Positions 62,596-64,000 of a DNA stretch of 64,000 bases are shown piece after piece. Source of the stretch: a virus. A model generated the notes under the pieces. The model was not told the DNA's origin. It searched no databases and worked only from the letters and a program-made list of their open reading frames with translations. The position numbers and the translations under genes are program-made. Position 1 is the first letter of the stretch. Every line of letters begins with the position of its first letter. The stretch is from IMG/VR virus record IMGVR_UViG_3300025889_000092, positions 1 through 64,000 of that record. One strand, given 5' to 3'.

Positions 62596-63375
62596 TTAAG
62601 TCGCCTTAAGGTCTTCGTAAAATTTTCGTACGATCTGGAGCCACTGCTCTTCATTCTTTTCTACTTCCTTCTGCCCGAATGTGAATACTTGAACTGAGTA
62701 ACCAGGGACGGCAGTAGAAACAATAATTTGGGTTTTATTGATCTTTATGCCTAAGCAACTCTCTGCAGCAATTTTATAAGCAGCGAGTTGCAATTGTGTC
62801 TTTTTAAGTTTAAATACTCCTGAGATGAGTGCTTTTTTAGTTTTTTCGTCTATTCCCGCATTTGCTTTGGGGAACCTGGCACTGTAAGGTCCGTTCGACG
62901 TTTTGAAGTCGCCTAGGATTATCTCACCGTTTGTGTCCTTATAAATTATATCGCAGCATCCTGCCCATCCTTCTTTAGTCTTTTCATCGAAATAGTGAAT
63001 TCTGCCTACACCATCCTCACCTACGTAGCGCGACCACTGAGGTTGGTTGTAGGGTTTTTCGCTCCACAGTACTTTTCCTCCTTCGAGAAGGTCATCGAGT
63101 CTTTCTGGCATGTCTACCCAGTACGGCTCGTACTCTCTGGGCGGACGAACGTCAAAACCACGAATGTAATTCTCAACAGCGTTGTGGATCCACGTCCCAC
63201 GCTCTGCCGCCTTATCGGCAGCTCCGGGGTTTAACAGATTCCAATGGGCCAACTTTTTACGCGTTTCCTCTGTCTGTGTGGCAGAGAGAATACTTGTTAC
63301 GGAAGCTAGCGGAACAGGAACTCCGGAGCAGTTGTAGTGCCTTAAGCCGTTAAGGGTTAATCGTGTTTGGGACAC
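62596..63375 (-). CDS. PD-(D/E)XK exonuclease
   Basis: SVTSIL, AAERGT.IH..VE, AG..D, DFKTS, QLAAY. Confidence 0.88.
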   Translation of the reverse strand: MSQTRLTLNGLRHYNCSGVPVPLASVTSILSATQTEETRKKLAHWNLLNPGAADKAAERGTWIHNAVENYIRGFDVRPPREYEPYWVDMPERLDDLLEGGKVLWSEKPYNQPQWSRYVGEDGVGRIHYFDEKTKEGWAGCCDIIYKDTNGEIILGDFKTSNGPYSARFPKANAGIDEKTKKALISGVFKLKKTQLQLAAYKIAAESCLGIKINKTQIIVSTAVPGYSVQVFTFGQKEVEKNEEQWLQIVRKFYEDLKAT

Positions 63376-63413
63376 AAACCTGTGTCAAATTAACCCAAGT
63401 TTAGTGTCTTTAT

Positions 63414-63776
63414 TCAGAATTTCATAGACACTGACCTCCGAGTATCGGGTTCGTCGTCATCATCATTTTCGTCTATATCATCTGAATATTCTTCATCTTC
63501 CTCTGTTTCAATAAAGAATTCAGATTTTTGATACTCAAACTCTTTTGATCGAGCATTGAGCTCCTCCGACAGACACATACCTGCGCAGTAGCTTTCGTTG
63601 ACAATGTCGGCACATTCTTCGGCAGTACGTGTCTGCCCTTCGGGGGACACACATTCCTGAAGGAGCTGAGTCGACACGAGGAGAGCGCAGACCTTGTCGA
63701 GTTTTTCGTTGACCGCATGAAGTTGCTCTACCACAGAGCGCTGGAAGTCTTCAAACTTCTGAGATTTAGATTTCAT
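63414..63776 (-). CDS. hypothetical protein with acidic tail
   Basis: 120 aa. Confidence 0.7.
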   Translation of the reverse strand: MKSKSQKFEDFQRSVVEQLHAVNEKLDKVCALLVSTQLLQECVSPEGQTRTAEECADIVNESYCAGMCLSEELNARSKEFEYQKSEFFIETEEDEEYSDDIDENDDDDEPDTRRSVSMKF

Positions 63777-64000
63777 AGGGGTAAGGAAGGAAGCTGATCA
63801 ACGCGGTCCCAATTTAATCCGAAAGAGATCTGTGTGTTATCCCGCCATTTATCGGGGTGCTGGAAGAGGAACCAGCAACTTGTAACGGAGTCTTTAGTTG
63901 ATCCAATAGCACGAAATTTAGGCCGTGGGCTCAAAACAACCATATTGGACATCCTATGCTTCAGGAGAAAGTTCCTGCGTTTAGCGACAGGTTCGATAAA
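63773..64000 (-). CDS. C-terminal part of a DNA methyltransferase-like protein (truncated by window)
   Basis: FIEP..KRR.FL........VLSPRPKF.....KDSVTSCWF.F. Confidence 0.55.
   Translation of the reverse strand, partial: FIEPVAKRRNFLLKHRMSNMVVLSPRPKFRAIGSTKDSVTSCWFLFQHPDKWRDNTQISFGLNWDRVDQLPSLPL

Noticed and set aside
63940-64000. Apparent frameshift in the terminal methyltransferase-like ORF
   Set aside because: On re-reading, the frame is continuous (FIEPVAKRRNFLLKHRMS).

Overview
A 64 kb segment of a tailed dsDNA phage genome, most likely a picocyanobacterial (Synechococcus/Cyanobium-type) phage. The host call rests on an NblA-like gene, a DUF4278-like peptide, cyanobacterial boxA-like motifs and small genes typical of cyanophages. 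From recollection the gene set resembles the S-EIV1-like lineage, but this has not been checked by any search. The window holds a leftward early-type region with a ~750 nt structured non-coding leader, two tRNAs, and nucleotide-metabolism genes (dCMP deaminase, ThyX). It also has terminase, portal, an overlapping scaffold gene, major capsid protein, probable ejection proteins, tail fibre/collar genes and two lysins. Accessory genes include Dps, SpeD, several 2OG-Fe(II) oxygenases and six or seven glycan-active enzymes, with a primase-helicase and exonuclease at the right end. No tape measure, sheath, integrase, reverse transcriptase or CRISPR array was seen. The most interesting signals are: (1) a sigma70 promoter plus two rRNA-type boxA elements feeding a large multi-branched RNA at ~760-1500 (-); (2) a possible virion O-glycosylation system, with glycosyltransferases and strong Ser-Gly enrichment in outer virion proteins; (3) an R-[MLFI]-A-G motif shared by seven unrelated small proteins; (4) a 518-nt portal/scaffold dual-coding overlap; (5) hairpins that sequester start codons, including that of the endolysin. 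All calls come from reading the sequence and recalling motifs; no database searches or folding programs were run.
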